From assembly GCA_002220235.1 (NCBI GenBank), contig FO082265.1: a DNA stretch of 32,000 nt; one strand, 5' to 3'. How positions within the stretch are numbered: the first letter of the stretch is position 1; each line of letters begins with the position of its first letter. The notes beneath the pieces are model-generated. The model searched no databases and was not told where the DNA came from. It saw only the letters and a program-made list of their open reading frames with translations. The position numbers and the translations under genes were made by a program. Below, piece after piece: positions 1 to 10,309 of this stretch. The DNA comes from Bathycoccus prasinos (lineage: Eukaryota).

Positions 1-1304
1 AATGGGAAACGAAGGATGGGTTTCATTCCCCAAACTATTGGGGAAGCCTTACACAATCTTCCACTTGCCAAATTGGTAAACTCAATGGACAAGATTATCA
101 TGTTCCTTTCAAGAATATTTTACCGATGGTTGAACCAAATGACTTACAAATTGATGGATGGGATATATCTTCGTTAAGTCTAGAAAAGTGTGTTCAACGC
201 GCCAGAGTTCTGGATCTAGATTTACAACAGCAGTTAGTACCATATCTAAAAGACTTGCGACCCCGTCCAAGTATATTTGATCCAGGCTTCGTTGCTGCAA
301 ATCAGAAAGAACGAGCAGATAATATTATAGAAGGGGAAAAGCAAAATCAGATGGAACAAATTAGAGCTGATATACGTGATTTTAAAGAGAAGAGTGGTGT
401 TGAAAAAGTAGTCGTGATGTGGACGGCAAACACTGAAAGATATTGTAAAGTTGAAGTCGGAATCCATGATACTGAGAAAAATTTGAGAGCTGCCATAAGA
501 GCTGGAAATCCTGAAATCAGTCCAAGTACGCTATATGCCCTTGCCTGCCTCGACGAGGACGTTCCATTTATAAATGGGAGCCCTCAGAATACATTTGTTC
601 CGGGTGTCCTCGAAGCTGCTTGCCGTTTGCGTGTCCTTATCGGAGGTGACGACTTCAAGACAGGTCAAACAAAAATGAAAAGTGTTCTGGTCGATTTTTT
701 AATAGGTGCTGGTATTAAGCCTTTGAGTATTGCTTCTTATAATCATTTAGGAAACAATGATGGTAAGAATCTAATGGAACCTGGAGTATTTCGGTCGAAA
801 GAAATTTCAAAATCGAATGTAGTAGATGATATTGTTGCCTCAAATCGAATATTGTACAAAGAAGGGGAAAGCCCAAATCATGTTGTTGTCATTAAGTATG
901 TTCCAAGTGTAGATGATAGTAAGCGTGCCATGGACGAGTATGTCAGTGAAATATTTATGAACGGCCGGAACACAATATCAATGCATAACACGTGTGAAGA
1001 TTCTCTTCTAGCAGCACCTCTTATCCTTGATCTCTGCTTGATAACTGAGTTGCTTTCTAGAATTGAACTTAAATATGACGATGAAGAGTCTTTTCGCAAT
1101 TTTCATCCATGCGCTGCGTTACTCTCATATTTAACAAAGTCCCCTTTAGTACCTCCAGGAATGTCAGTTACAAACGCTCTATACAAACAACGAGCAATGT
1201 TAGAAAATGTCTTTCGGGCTGTGGTTGGTCTTGCACCTGTCAGTCACATGAATTTGGATCTCCTCATTGAGCAAAGTAATCAGGCCATTTACTCGCCGAA
1301 ATAG
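1..1304 (+). CDS. INO1: myo-inositol-1-phosphate (inositol-3-phosphate) synthase, 5' end cut by the window edge
   Basis: Frame 3 is already open from nt 3 ([46 protein letters not shown]) and runs into the listed 126..1304 ORF. Family blocks present: [73 protein letters not shown]. Stop TAG at 1302-1304. No intron is needed in the visible part. Confidence 0.93.
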   Translation, partial: WETKDGFHSPNYWGSLTQSSTCQIGKLNGQDYHVPFKNILPMVEPNDLQIDGWDISSLSLEKCVQRARVLDLDLQQQLVPYLKDLRPRPSIFDPGFVAANQKERADNIIEGEKQNQMEQIRADIRDFKEKSGVEKVVVMWTANTERYCKVEVGIHDTEKNLRAAIRAGNPEISPSTLYALACLDEDVPFINGSPQNTFVPGVLEAACRLRVLIGGDDFKTGQTKMKSVLVDFLIGAGIKPLSIASYNHLGNNDGKNLMEPGVFRSKEISKSNVVDDIVASNRILYKEGESPNHVVVIKYVPSVDDSKRAMDEYVSEIFMNGRNTISMHNTCEDSLLAAPLILDLCLITELLSRIELKYDDEESFRNFHPCAALLSYLTKSPLVPPGMSVTNALYKQRAMLENVFRAVVGLAPVSHMNLDLLIEQSNQAIYSPK

Positions 1305-1383
1305 TGTTTTGTATCGGGGTCATCTATCAAAGCGCTTTGACATATAATTATTAAAAGGAGAGAAATACTAAAAATATCCCTAA

Positions 1384-2442
1384 TTACAAATTTATTTTAG
1401 AACAAGCTGCATGAATTTCATCTCTTGTCAACATGCGAATTATGACGTTTTGTGAATATAAATCCTTGTTTATTTCAAGCATCTCAATATTTTCAGGCAT
1501 AAGTTGTGTTTTGTCCATGCTTTTTCTCAAAATTTTCAAGATGAGCTCTCGTCCCTCTTCACATTTCAGAGTTTCAACATACTCTGATTTTAGGAGAGCA
1601 TGTGCACTTTGAGCATTATTACCTATCGCAGTTGCCTGATATAGAGGAATAAATATAATATAAATTTGACACATATCTCCTTTGATTCATTAGTGTCTCA
1701 CCTTCCACGCTGTGTAGTTACCAGCAGGGTCACTCTGATAAAGTTGGAATCCGAACTCTTTATCCCTAATGATAATAACTTCACATTTCGCAGATGTCAT
1801 GTAAATAAAATACTAACCAGCCACCGATCAGAAAGGAAACCCCGTAAGGCCTCAGGCCTCCGAATTGAGTATATCCTTGTTTTTGATCACAAACTGCCTG
1901 TACAAGCTGTTCCACTGGTATTGGCTCACCATACGTAAATAAATGTCGTTGTGCAACAACTCTAGAGTAGAAATTTTAGAACCGGACCTCGAAACTTATA
2001 TAGATGAGCTCACCTTGCGTAGTTCACAAGAATATTTGCATCCGAGCTGATTCCAGCAACAGCTACAGCAATATGCTCATTTATATAATATGTTTTCTCC
2101 TTTTCACTGCTTTCTAGGAGCTTTAAAGAACAAAGATTTATCGAAGTAAATGGGTTGCTTTATGCAAATTTGAACCTTGGATAAAATTCTCCTTTCTGCA
2201 GCTATAGTAACTCCAGAACGTGTTTTCATTCCAACTGCCGCACCTGCCTGGCTGATGGCTTCCATTGCATATTCAACCTTTTCATTAAATATAATAATTC
2301 ATAAATTTGATCTGTAGTTATATTAGTCACTTGAAATAATCTTCCTTCTGGGCTAAAAGTAGTCGTTCGGGAATCATATCTACATAACAACAAATAGTTG
2401 TGAATTCTAAATCACGGTTAGAACAACTCACCTTTTCGCCAT
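1384..2442 (-). CDS. PSMA4: 20S proteasome subunit alpha type-4 (alpha3/PRE9-like), about 7 exons
   Basis: Hand-spliced product: MAKR|[16 protein letters not shown]|[34 protein letters not shown]|[36 protein letters not shown]|[48 protein letters not shown]|[21 protein letters not shown]|[15 protein letters not shown]. It is colinear with PSMA4 ([22 protein letters not shown]). ATG at 2442-2440, TAA at 1386-1384. All introns are GT..AG, about 50-66 nt. Confidence 0.85.
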
Positions 2443-2877
2443 TTTACCGCGTAGTGATCGGTTTCTTAAAGCAATTCAACACCCCCCAACTCCAATTTGT
2501 TTTAAAAGAAATGGACGAATGTGGAGTTTTTTTCAGGTGTGTGTGGGGGTCCCCCGGCCAAAAAATTCCAAAATTCCATAAACAAATAAATGATAAAAAA
2601 CAACTTCAACTTTTTTTTCCTTTTTTCACTCGGGTCTTTTCAACTTTTCTCTTTTTGCTCTTTTTGTGATACTCTTTTCCTTGGTTCTTTAGCCAGTGAG
2701 CTGCACAGTAGGTATGTATATACTCTTCTTTTCACGAACTTTTTGAATTAATAAGGCAGAAACGATAGTTTATTAGTTTTCAAGCTAGAAGTGCAGGAAT
2801 ATACCTCATCTACGTATCGACAATTTTTCGCTTTGACGAGACAAATTCTACACTAACATAAATCTCGAAATTACTTT

Positions 2878-2903
2878 CTTTTTAAACAGACCTGTTTAAA
2901 AAG
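2878..2903. repeat. perfect 12-bp inverted repeat with a 2-nt spacer in the PSMA4/DDX49 divergent promoter
   Basis: CTTTTTAAACAG-ac-CTGTTTAAAAAG read directly from the sequence. The arms are exact reverse complements. Confidence 0.9.
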
Positions 2904-3126
2904 AAACCCTCATAAAAAGGCCTCATAGTGCAAGTACTTTCGTACTTTCGCTGTCGCAAGATCAAGATATAAACTTCGTTTAAAATCGTGATATCGTGAA
3001 TCGTTCTTCTAGGTTTGAGAATTCCTCGTTAAACATTAAAACTATGGCAAGACAACAGTTCATGCTGGTGCAACCTTTCACCAAAGAATACGTTTCCGAG
3101 TCCTTAAGGGGGTGTAATCATATTTA

Positions 3127-3144
3127 GTTTGTGTTTGTGTTTGT
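3127..3144. repeat. (GTTTGT)3 microsatellite just upstream of the DDX49 start codon
   Basis: gtttgtgtttgtgtttgt read directly, 24 nt before the ATG at 3168. Confidence 0.9.
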
Positions 3145-3167
3145 GAAATCTTAAAGCAAGTATTGAA

Positions 3168-4430
3168 ATGTCAGATGAAGAACTTAGTATTAGAACTTTT
3201 TGTTCTCTGGGCATAAAAAAATGGCTAGCCGAGAATGCGTTCAAGCTTGGATTGTGTGAAGCTACAACTGTTCAGAAAGCATGCATACCCCCTATTCTTA
3301 AGGGCTTAGATGTTATAGGAACATCTCAGACCGGTAGTGGAAAGACAGCAACATTTGCTCTTCCAATATTGCACATACTCTCGCAGGATTCTTATGGTAT
3401 ATTTGCATTATGCATGACCCCAACTCGTGAGCTTGCAGTTCAAATTTCTGAGCAATTCAGTGCTCTTTCAGCAGGTTTAACATTAAGATGCCAGGTAATA
3501 ACTGGTGGAGAAGAAATCCAGGCTCAAACCAGATCGATTTTAAGACGACCTCATATTATAGTTGCCACTCCTGGTCGTTTGATGGATCACTTTTTAAACA
3601 GTCCTCAAGTTATTGGGTGTTTTCAAAATCTGAGATTTCTAGTCCTTGACGAAGCAGACCGTCTTCTAGAACCTTCTTTTGAATCAGAATTGCGGATTTT
3701 GTTCGAAAATATTCCTTCTAAACGCCAAACACTCTTATTTTCTGCAAGCATCACTCGTAATATTGCAGCATTACAGCATATCACCATGAATGATGCTTTT
3801 CATTTTGAGGCATTTGAAGGTTTGAAAGCTGTGAGCAGCTGTAGGCAAGAATACTGTTTTCTTCCAAGAGTAATGAGAGATGCATACTTACTTCATATAT
3901 TACAACAGAGGGAAAATTGGGATATCCGAAGTTCTATAATTTTTACAAGTACAGTGCGTTCTTGCATGATATTATCTGGTATTCTTGATAAACTTGGAAT
4001 CGTTACAGTGAGTCTACACTCGATGAAGAAACAAAAGGAGCGCAAAGATTCGTTTGCAAGATTTAAATCCGGTGAAGTAAGTATTCTGCTTGCTACCGAT
4101 ATCGCTTCCCGCGGTCTTGACATTCCAACCGTTGATATGGTGATAAATTATGAAGTACCCATCGCGTCAAAAGATTATATACATAGGATAGGCCGAACAG
4201 CAAGAGCTGGTCGAAGTGGACGTTCTATTACCTTAGTTACCCAACACGACGTAAAAATTGTACAAAAAATTGAAGATGCGATCGACTCAAAGATGAGATG
4301 CTTATCTCTTCCAGAAGAAGAAATAGTGAAAAACATGAATAGCGTGGGAAGTGCAAGGCGGAGTGTGAAAATCTCCTTACTTGAAAGAACTGGATTTGGT
4401 GAAAAAGTTAACAAAAATCATATGAAATAA
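3168..4430 (+). CDS. DDX49: DEAD-box ATP-dependent RNA helicase, DDX49/Dbp8 type (SSU-processome helicase), single exon
   Basis: The 420-aa ORF carries the helicase motifs. These are the Q region (F.SLGIKKWL..TTVQKACIPPIL), motif I SQTGSGKT, Ia PTRELA, Ib TPGRL, II DEAD, III SAS (variant of SAT), and VI HRIGRTARAGRSG. Overall colinearity with human DDX49 includes LHSMKKQKER and SRGLDIPTVDMVINY. Confidence 0.9.
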   Translation: MSDEELSIRTFCSLGIKKWLAENAFKLGLCEATTVQKACIPPILKGLDVIGTSQTGSGKTATFALPILHILSQDSYGIFALCMTPTRELAVQISEQFSALSAGLTLRCQVITGGEEIQAQTRSILRRPHIIVATPGRLMDHFLNSPQVIGCFQNLRFLVLDEADRLLEPSFESELRILFENIPSKRQTLLFSASITRNIAALQHITMNDAFHFEAFEGLKAVSSCRQEYCFLPRVMRDAYLLHILQQRENWDIRSSIIFTSTVRSCMILSGILDKLGIVTVSLHSMKKQKERKDSFARFKSGEVSILLATDIASRGLDIPTVDMVINYEVPIASKDYIHRIGRTARAGRSGRSITLVTQHDVKIVQKIEDAIDSKMRCLSLPEEEIVKNMNSVGSARRSVKISLLERTGFGEKVNKNHMK

Positions 4431-4521
4431 AATTAGAGAATTGTCAAGAAGAACCAAAATTTGATTTAATTTTTTCCCCGGATGTAAGTGATTGTCTACC
4501 GAACATGAAACAAGAGCATCT

Positions 4522-5337
4522 TTAATTATGCCTCCCTCGACCTGAACTTCGCCCTCTGCCTGCTCCTCGTCCACCTCGTCCACCTCGTACACCGCTGAAT
4601 CTCGCACCATTTCTTCCTCCTCCTCCTCCTCCTCCTCGTCTCGGCGCGGAAGTAACTCTTTTATGCCTGCGTAAACAAAACGATGTAAATTCAAATTAAG
4701 GTAGCTGAGAGTTTAGCTTACTTATCATTTTGTTGAAATCTTTGTAAGGGAATTAGTTTGTCTGGACTGATATGAAATTTTTGACCTTTTGAATTTGAGA
4801 GGAAGTGATCAGGTTATGAGTGAGAGAATTACCCTGAATATTAATTAAAGGAAAGAATATTTACCTAATTTGAAGGACTCTGCATTAATGCCATCGCAAA
4901 GTTTGATTGTGAATAACTGGATAAAGCGAAATCATTTCAAGTACATATACAAATTAGAAGACTTACTGAATTATCAATTGGGCCAAATATCTCTTCTACC
5001 TTTCCGACTTTACTTTTATTCTCCAGAAATATGGTCCCGTTAAAATATGGTATCTCAAAGGCACGTTTCAAATTGAATTTCGCACTGAAAAGTAATCCAT
5101 GCATACCTTTGGATTCGTTAGCTTGCATATGATTTCTCCTTCACACGCATGCGAATAGGAACCGATTTCTGAAGCAACGACTTTTTAAAGCGATAAAAAC
5201 AAGCATAAATGAAAGTTACCGACTAGCTCATCGGGGATGGCTTCTTCACGACCAGACGCACCACGACCAAACCCACGTCCTGAAGCGCCACGACCAGAAA
5301 ACCCTCTACCGCGCGAAGTTGGTGTCGGCTGTCGCAT
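4522..5337 (-). CDS. GAR1: H/ACA snoRNP protein GAR1, 6 exons
   Basis: Hand-spliced product: [39 protein letters not shown]|[25 protein letters not shown]|[29 protein letters not shown]|[17 protein letters not shown]|[22 protein letters not shown]|[47 protein letters not shown]. Both RGG (GAR) tails and the core (VPYFNAP.YLENK..GKV.EIFG) are present. ATG at 5337-5335, TAA at 4524-4522. The listed 4377..4694 ORF with the poly-E run is the wrong frame of the last exon. Confidence 0.85.
4615..4635. repeat. (TCC)7 trinucleotide run, encoding Gly7 of the GAR1 C-terminal RGG tail on the minus strand
   Basis: Seven consecutive tcc units read directly from the sequence. It lies inside the GAR1 last exon. 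Confidence 0.9.
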
Positions 5338-5836
5338 AGTTCGTGAGGAATTAGGTCAAACTGTAAAAAAAAGGAGTGTCTTTTCTTTTTTAATTTACGT
5401 CTACCGTAGACTTCTATATATGATCATGATGAGTAACTACCGTATGATCATAAATTCTTGTGTTTTGTTTTCCTGCGTTCTTTTTTTTATTTTTTCAATT
5501 TTTTTGTCCTCATCAGCTGTCACCATTAATGGGTGATTTTTTTTGTCTCACTGTCTGTCCTCGGGGAAAGTGGTATAGTTTGAAAGTTTCGCATTTTCCG
5601 ACTTCGCTGAATAATTTGAACTGTGCTTTTGCATATTCGGACACGGGACTTTTGCCTGGTAACAACTGTGTTCTTTGTAGTATGAGGTTTGGTAACAAAT
5701 ATTTTCCACTTGAATTCTAGTATTATCAACGACACATCTGCTCGTTGAATGAAAATAGCTATTTGTGACAACTTTGGACAAAAGAATAATAAAAAATGGT
5801 TTGAGCGGAGCCGAAAGTCTAAAAATTCCTAATAAC

Positions 5837-7423
5837 ATGGTTAAGTCTGACAGGACAACTTTGAAGTGTTTTGAAGATAAACAAAGCGAATCAAAGCAAC
5901 TATGGGCTGATAAGTATAAGCCAACTCGAATCTCAGAGCTGATCGGGAATGGTAGGTGCGTAGCCGATCTGCGGCGATGGCTTCTTGAGTGGCAAAATAA
6001 ACAAGGAAATAAAGAGAAGAAAAACAAGTGTAAAGCCGTGCTGATTAGTGGTCCTCCAGGTATAGGCAAGACTTCTTCCGCTATTATAGTTTGCACGCAA
6101 CTTGGTTTTAGTGTCATGGAAGTAAACGCAAGCGATTCAAGAAATAAAGCCTCAAAGGATGTTCAAACAGGTTTATCTGGTTCAACTTCAAACCAAGTCA
6201 AAGAATTGGTCACTAATCGGGGTCTCAATTTTTTGAAAACAACGATTCATAAAAATCAAGTATTAATAATGGATGAAGTCGATGGAATGAGTGCAGGCGA
6301 TCGTGGTGGAATATCTGACCTCATTGATACGATAAAACGCTCGAAAATTCCAATAATTTGTATCTGTAACGATCGTTATTCACAAAAGTTAAAGGCTTTG
6401 CAAAATCACTGTTTTGAACTCAACTTTCAGCGACCTACAAAGCAACAAATACATGGACGCTTGTCCCTCATTATGAAAGAAGAAAATTTTCACATGCAAT
6501 CTAATGAGTTGGATACTGTAATTGAGTCATGTAATGGAGATATTCGACTGATTCTCAATCAGCTTCAATTGAGAAAGCTAAGAACAGGTTCACTCTCAAT
6601 TTCTGGTGGAAAGCAACTGAAAGATATTAATTTGGGAGTACTTTCAATTGTAGATGTACTTATGGGATATGGTGCTTCAAGCCAAACCATTGACCGTCGT
6701 ATAGCATTATGTTTCAACGAGCCTGATTTAGTTCCATTGTATATACAGGAAAACTTTCCCCAAATGAGGCCAACACACTGTTGCTCGGATCTTCAAAGGC
6801 TCATATTTTTAGGTGCAGCTTCCTGTGCGTTATCTGATGGTGACTTGGTCTATTCGCTGGTTCGATCAAAACAACTTTGGGAGCTTGCATCTTGCAGTAA
6901 TCTCTTAGCGTGCATTATTCCTTCTTCAATCGTATCTGGAGTTCGTGAGACTTTCAACTTATTTCCAGGTGAACGTAATTTTCACCGATTTCCTGCTTGG
7001 CTCGGTAAGAATTCTTCAAGTTCTAAAATGCGGCGTCTACTGAATGAAATGCATGGTCATATGATAAGTAAAGGAGCACTTAAATCCAGCTCTAATGTAC
7101 TCAGACAACATTATATTCCTTTACTTCGATCATATACAACGATACCACTTCTTTCAAAACATGTTGGGGGCTTGAACAATCGTGGAATACAAGATGCAGT
7201 GCGCTTTATGAGAGTATATGGAATTACAAGAGTTGACTGGGATTCATTGAATGAACTCCGTAAATTTAGTGGAAAAGGTCCCGCTTTTGAAGACAGTATT
7301 CAAATATCAGCATCAACCAAATCTTCCTTCACGCGTGAATGTAATAAGATCTTGGATCAGGTTCCTACAAAGCATGAACTAAAATTGCAGGATGGTTATT
7401 CAAGTGATGGGAATCAAGAATAA
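5837..7423 (+). CDS. RFC1: replication factor C large subunit (RFC1-like), single exon, no BRCT region
   Basis: LWADKYKP (RFC box II), Walker A GPPGIGKTS, MDEVDGMSAGDRGGISDLI, KIPIICICNDRYSQK, SCNGDIRLILNQLQ, and an RFC1 C-terminal domain signature (DLVPLYIQENF). The ORF caller starts at GTG 5765. The first in-frame ATG is at 5837. Confidence 0.82.
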   Translation: MVKSDRTTLKCFEDKQSESKQLWADKYKPTRISELIGNGRCVADLRRWLLEWQNKQGNKEKKNKCKAVLISGPPGIGKTSSAIIVCTQLGFSVMEVNASDSRNKASKDVQTGLSGSTSNQVKELVTNRGLNFLKTTIHKNQVLIMDEVDGMSAGDRGGISDLIDTIKRSKIPIICICNDRYSQKLKALQNHCFELNFQRPTKQQIHGRLSLIMKEENFHMQSNELDTVIESCNGDIRLILNQLQLRKLRTGSLSISGGKQLKDINLGVLSIVDVLMGYGASSQTIDRRIALCFNEPDLVPLYIQENFPQMRPTHCCSDLQRLIFLGAASCALSDGDLVYSLVRSKQLWELASCSNLLACIIPSSIVSGVRETFNLFPGERNFHRFPAWLGKNSSSSKMRRLLNEMHGHMISKGALKSSSNVLRQHYIPLLRSYTTIPLLSKHVGGLNNRGIQDAVRFMRVYGITRVDWDSLNELRKFSGKGPAFEDSIQISASTKSSFTRECNKILDQVPTKHELKLQDGYSSDGNQE

Positions 7424-7551
7424 GACAGAAAACAAAGTGTTGAAATATGTTTTAGGACCCGTTTCAATATCCAAGCCTGTAGACAAAATATATTAAATTT
7501 ACGCTCTATTGCGCTAGTCGATTTTGAATAGATTGCTTGTGACTCATGATG

Positions 7552-9575
7552 TTATCCAGAGCTGTAAGAATTTGGTGTTGTACTTTTGTCTTCTCGCTTG
7601 AGCATGATAATTTGAGGTCCATATAAAGCACCTTCAGAAATGCATAAGCAATAAGAACACTTTGGTTTCCCACGTTTTACCTGTAGTGATTTTACTTGTT
7701 TTTCCGAGATACTCAAGTCTTTTGAAAGAAGTTTTCGTAGTGAAACAATCTGAAAAAGAAGTTTCAAGTTTGCAACAAAAAGAGCAATGTAAAAAGCTGT
7801 GAAAAATTACCTCGTTCTCAGAATTTTTAGCAGTATTTGTGATGGAATCGACAACTTGCTCCACTCGTAATCTTTCGTTTTCGCATTGTTGTTCTTTGGA
7901 ACGAATGTTATGTTGAATGGAGTATACTGTCTCTTTTCTGTACTCAAAAGTTAAGTAATGCTTGGTGAAATTTCAAAGGTGTACTTCTGAGAGATACTTT
8001 CTTTCAACATTTTATAATTTTCTTGAGTCGTAAGAGCTTCATTTTCAAGTCCTCTGTCAAAGATTAAGAAATATCTTGAAATCCAAGGCGATCTCTCACC
8101 TTATAGAATATGAAATATTTTTCAAAGTTTCGTGCAATAATAAAAGCATGTTACTCAACCCACTTTCAGCCTGTTAAAATATGATAAATGTACTATTTTC
8201 TGAAAAAATTGAACGTCCTACCCGAATTTTAGTACTCACTGAAAGGTCCTTGAGATTTCGTGTGAGCGGCCGTTGAAATTTAATATTAGCGGCAACGTTG
8301 CATCTGGGAACTTTCAACAATAAAATATTGTATCTACTGATCTGATCATCAATAGTTAAATCTATGTTTCTTTTGTCGTGCATCTCTTCAATTTCTACTG
8401 AGAGTTCAGATTCTTTCCCATGATATGCATTGATTAACTTTTGAACTTCAATCATCTGAGAATAAAAATCAGCAAACATATGAAAAATACTTTCTGAATA
8501 CCTTTAATTCTTGATCTGTTCTTTCTACATGAACATTAATTCTTGTAAAATTTTCAGAGGCACGTGTTGATAACTTAATCTAAATAGTACATGTTAGAGT
8601 TATTTTTTACGTCTCAAATCTAAGAGTCCTTTCTACCTTCGTAGCTTTGCATGCTCGTTCGCTTCTAATTCGCAGGGTACCTATGTACGATAATTTTTCT
8701 GCGTTAGCCAAAATCTTGTTACTAAGAGTTGTTTTAGTAGACTCAAAAGATTTCTACAATGTAATACTCAAATCAAAGCCCAATCAAAGCTAGATAAATC
8801 CGGTATACCTTTGATGAATGCAACAACTTAGACTGAGGAACCAAGCTAGATATATGACTACGCAATTTTTGGTTATCCTAAAAGAACTCAGCTAAATCTT
8901 TTGGCAAATTATCCAATAAAAAGGTTACCTGTAAAATCTGCTCAACGTTCTTACGCATTGAGGCAAATTTCATGGAATAATTTGATCCAATACGATTGCA
9001 TATTTCTGATGTGAAACCGGAACTTTCATCGCCAGACAAAAAAGTCTGAATTGTTGAGCTTTTTATTATTAATGAAAAATAGAATGTAACTTTGCCTACC
9101 TCATATAGTTCAATGCTACTTGTATTGAATTCACCGTTAAACTCCTACAATTTACAATTAATTCTGTACAATCAAATTTAAAAAAGTGTGCCTTATCTCT
9201 GCTCTGACACAGTGATACATAATCGCAAAGCTCTACCACCCAACTACTTATAACTGTTTGGAAAGGAGAAATACTTTTATCCACGAAAGGAAAAAAAGTA
9301 TCCTTCGGAATTATGACAGGATAATTCAAGGATTTCAATATAAGCGGTAAATCTTCATCGGCTTTTTGACCAAACTTCAAATTTTGATCTAGTTGGTTCA
9401 GTAGAAAGTGAAACACGGCAATTGCACTTTTGAAGGAATAACTTCCGAAAGAATCTAACGAGTTGATTGTGCACCCTCTCTTTTTCAAAAAAGAACTAAA
9501 TTTCCCCTTGCTGATGTCCAAATAATCCTCATCGTAGATAGGACGGGGATCAGAAATCCGCTTAGTAGCCCGCAT
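7552..9575 (-). CDS. NDC80: kinetochore protein NDC80/HEC1, multi-exon (exon count not fully resolved)
   Basis: The first exon (ATG 9575-9573) encodes the calponin-homology head: DPRPIYDEDYL..FLKKRGCTINS..SFKSAIAVFHFLLNQLD..KADEDLPLILKSLNYPV, matching DPRPL.DK..FL...G...S.KDF..IF.FL...P..K.EEEVP.I.K.LGYPF. The second exon splices in frame (..STIQTFLSGDESSGF..). Downstream minus-strand exon fragments are coiled-coil-like (for example the 8174..8479 ORF). The last open frame stops at 7552. Confidence 0.72.
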
Positions 9576-9630
9576 GCGACTCCTTACTTTCTAGTGAAAA
9601 GCAGCACCTCTTGATAATTGATTTTTTTCG

Positions 9631-9850
9631 AAATCTTTTCTGACGACGAATATAAAGGAGCGTGAAGACTATGTTGTGTTATTGTTTTTAAATCTTTTCT
9701 GTGAGAATGGTGTGAATTTAGCTTTATGGAATTTTTGGTCGTTTTGTGCTTATAAAAAAAAGAGTCTCTTTGAAAACTCTAATCGGGCTTGAGTAACTGT
9801 ATCATCCAATTCCACAAATCGTGCTGATCCTCAGTCTTGTTCTTTTCTGA
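9631..9850. promoter_or_regulatory. three copies of TCTTTTCTG in the NDC80/H2A.Z divergent promoter
   Basis: AAATCTTTTCTG occurs at 9631-9642 and again at 9690-9701. TCTTTTCTGA occurs at 9841-9850. All three are in the same orientation. A regulatory function is only inferred. Confidence 0.35.
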
Positions 9851-10309
9851 ACGTACAACCCTATAAAGATTAAACGATATCGAGGGACGGATCTATCGTG
9901 AGTGCGTAGACTTTGTTTGACCTTTACAAAGAAGAAAACAATACACCGTTTACGAAGTTACGACGACCGATTTTCCCTTTTTCCGCTCGGTGCGGTGAAA
10001 ACAAAAATCCAAAAAATTTTGTAATTTTTTGAATTTTGAAAATATCGCCCTTAGGAATTCCGTCGTCCATAATCTCTTAAACACATGGCATAATAGAAAT
10101 AACAATAAAACACAAATCAACAAAAATCATAGTAAACAAGCAAAACAGTAAACAGTCAAGTCAGTCAAAACAGTTACAACACATTTCGTCTTTCAACTTA
10201 ATTTGACTTCACAAGAAGAAAACATAAAAAGTTGCGCGCAGCTTTGCCAATACTTCTGCGCTTTAACAACACTATTTAAAAACTAAGACAATCTTAAACC
10301 GATATTATC

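Noticed and set aside
3020-3029. The 10-mer AATTCCTCGT is shared by two promoters (3020-3029 and 25364-25373), and similar TTCCAAA(A)TTCCATAA(A)C strings occur at about 2567 and about 19128.
   Set aside because: By my estimate, about 10 or more exact 10-mer coincidences are expected by chance among about 4.6 kb of AT-rich intergenic sequence. There is therefore no evidential weight without genome-wide enrichment data.
4377-4694. A 105-aa minus-strand ORF with a poly-Glu run (EEEEEEEEE).
   Set aside because: It is the wrong reading frame of the GAR1 terminal exon. A different frame on the same strand gives the expected RGG/GAR tail ending at TAA 4524-4522 and splices correctly to the upstream GAR1 exons.
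5237-5536. A 99-aa plus-strand ORF rich in Pro/Arg ([16 protein letters not shown]).
   Set aside because: It is an antisense shadow of GAR1 exon 1 (the RGRG repeats read backwards), followed by low-complexity T-rich promoter sequence.
5548-6117. A 189-aa minus-strand ORF overlapping the RFC1 5' end and its promoter.
   Set aside because: It is antisense to the strongly supported RFC1 coding sequence. Its composition is low-complexity with no recognisable motifs, and it would break the otherwise regular gene arrangement.
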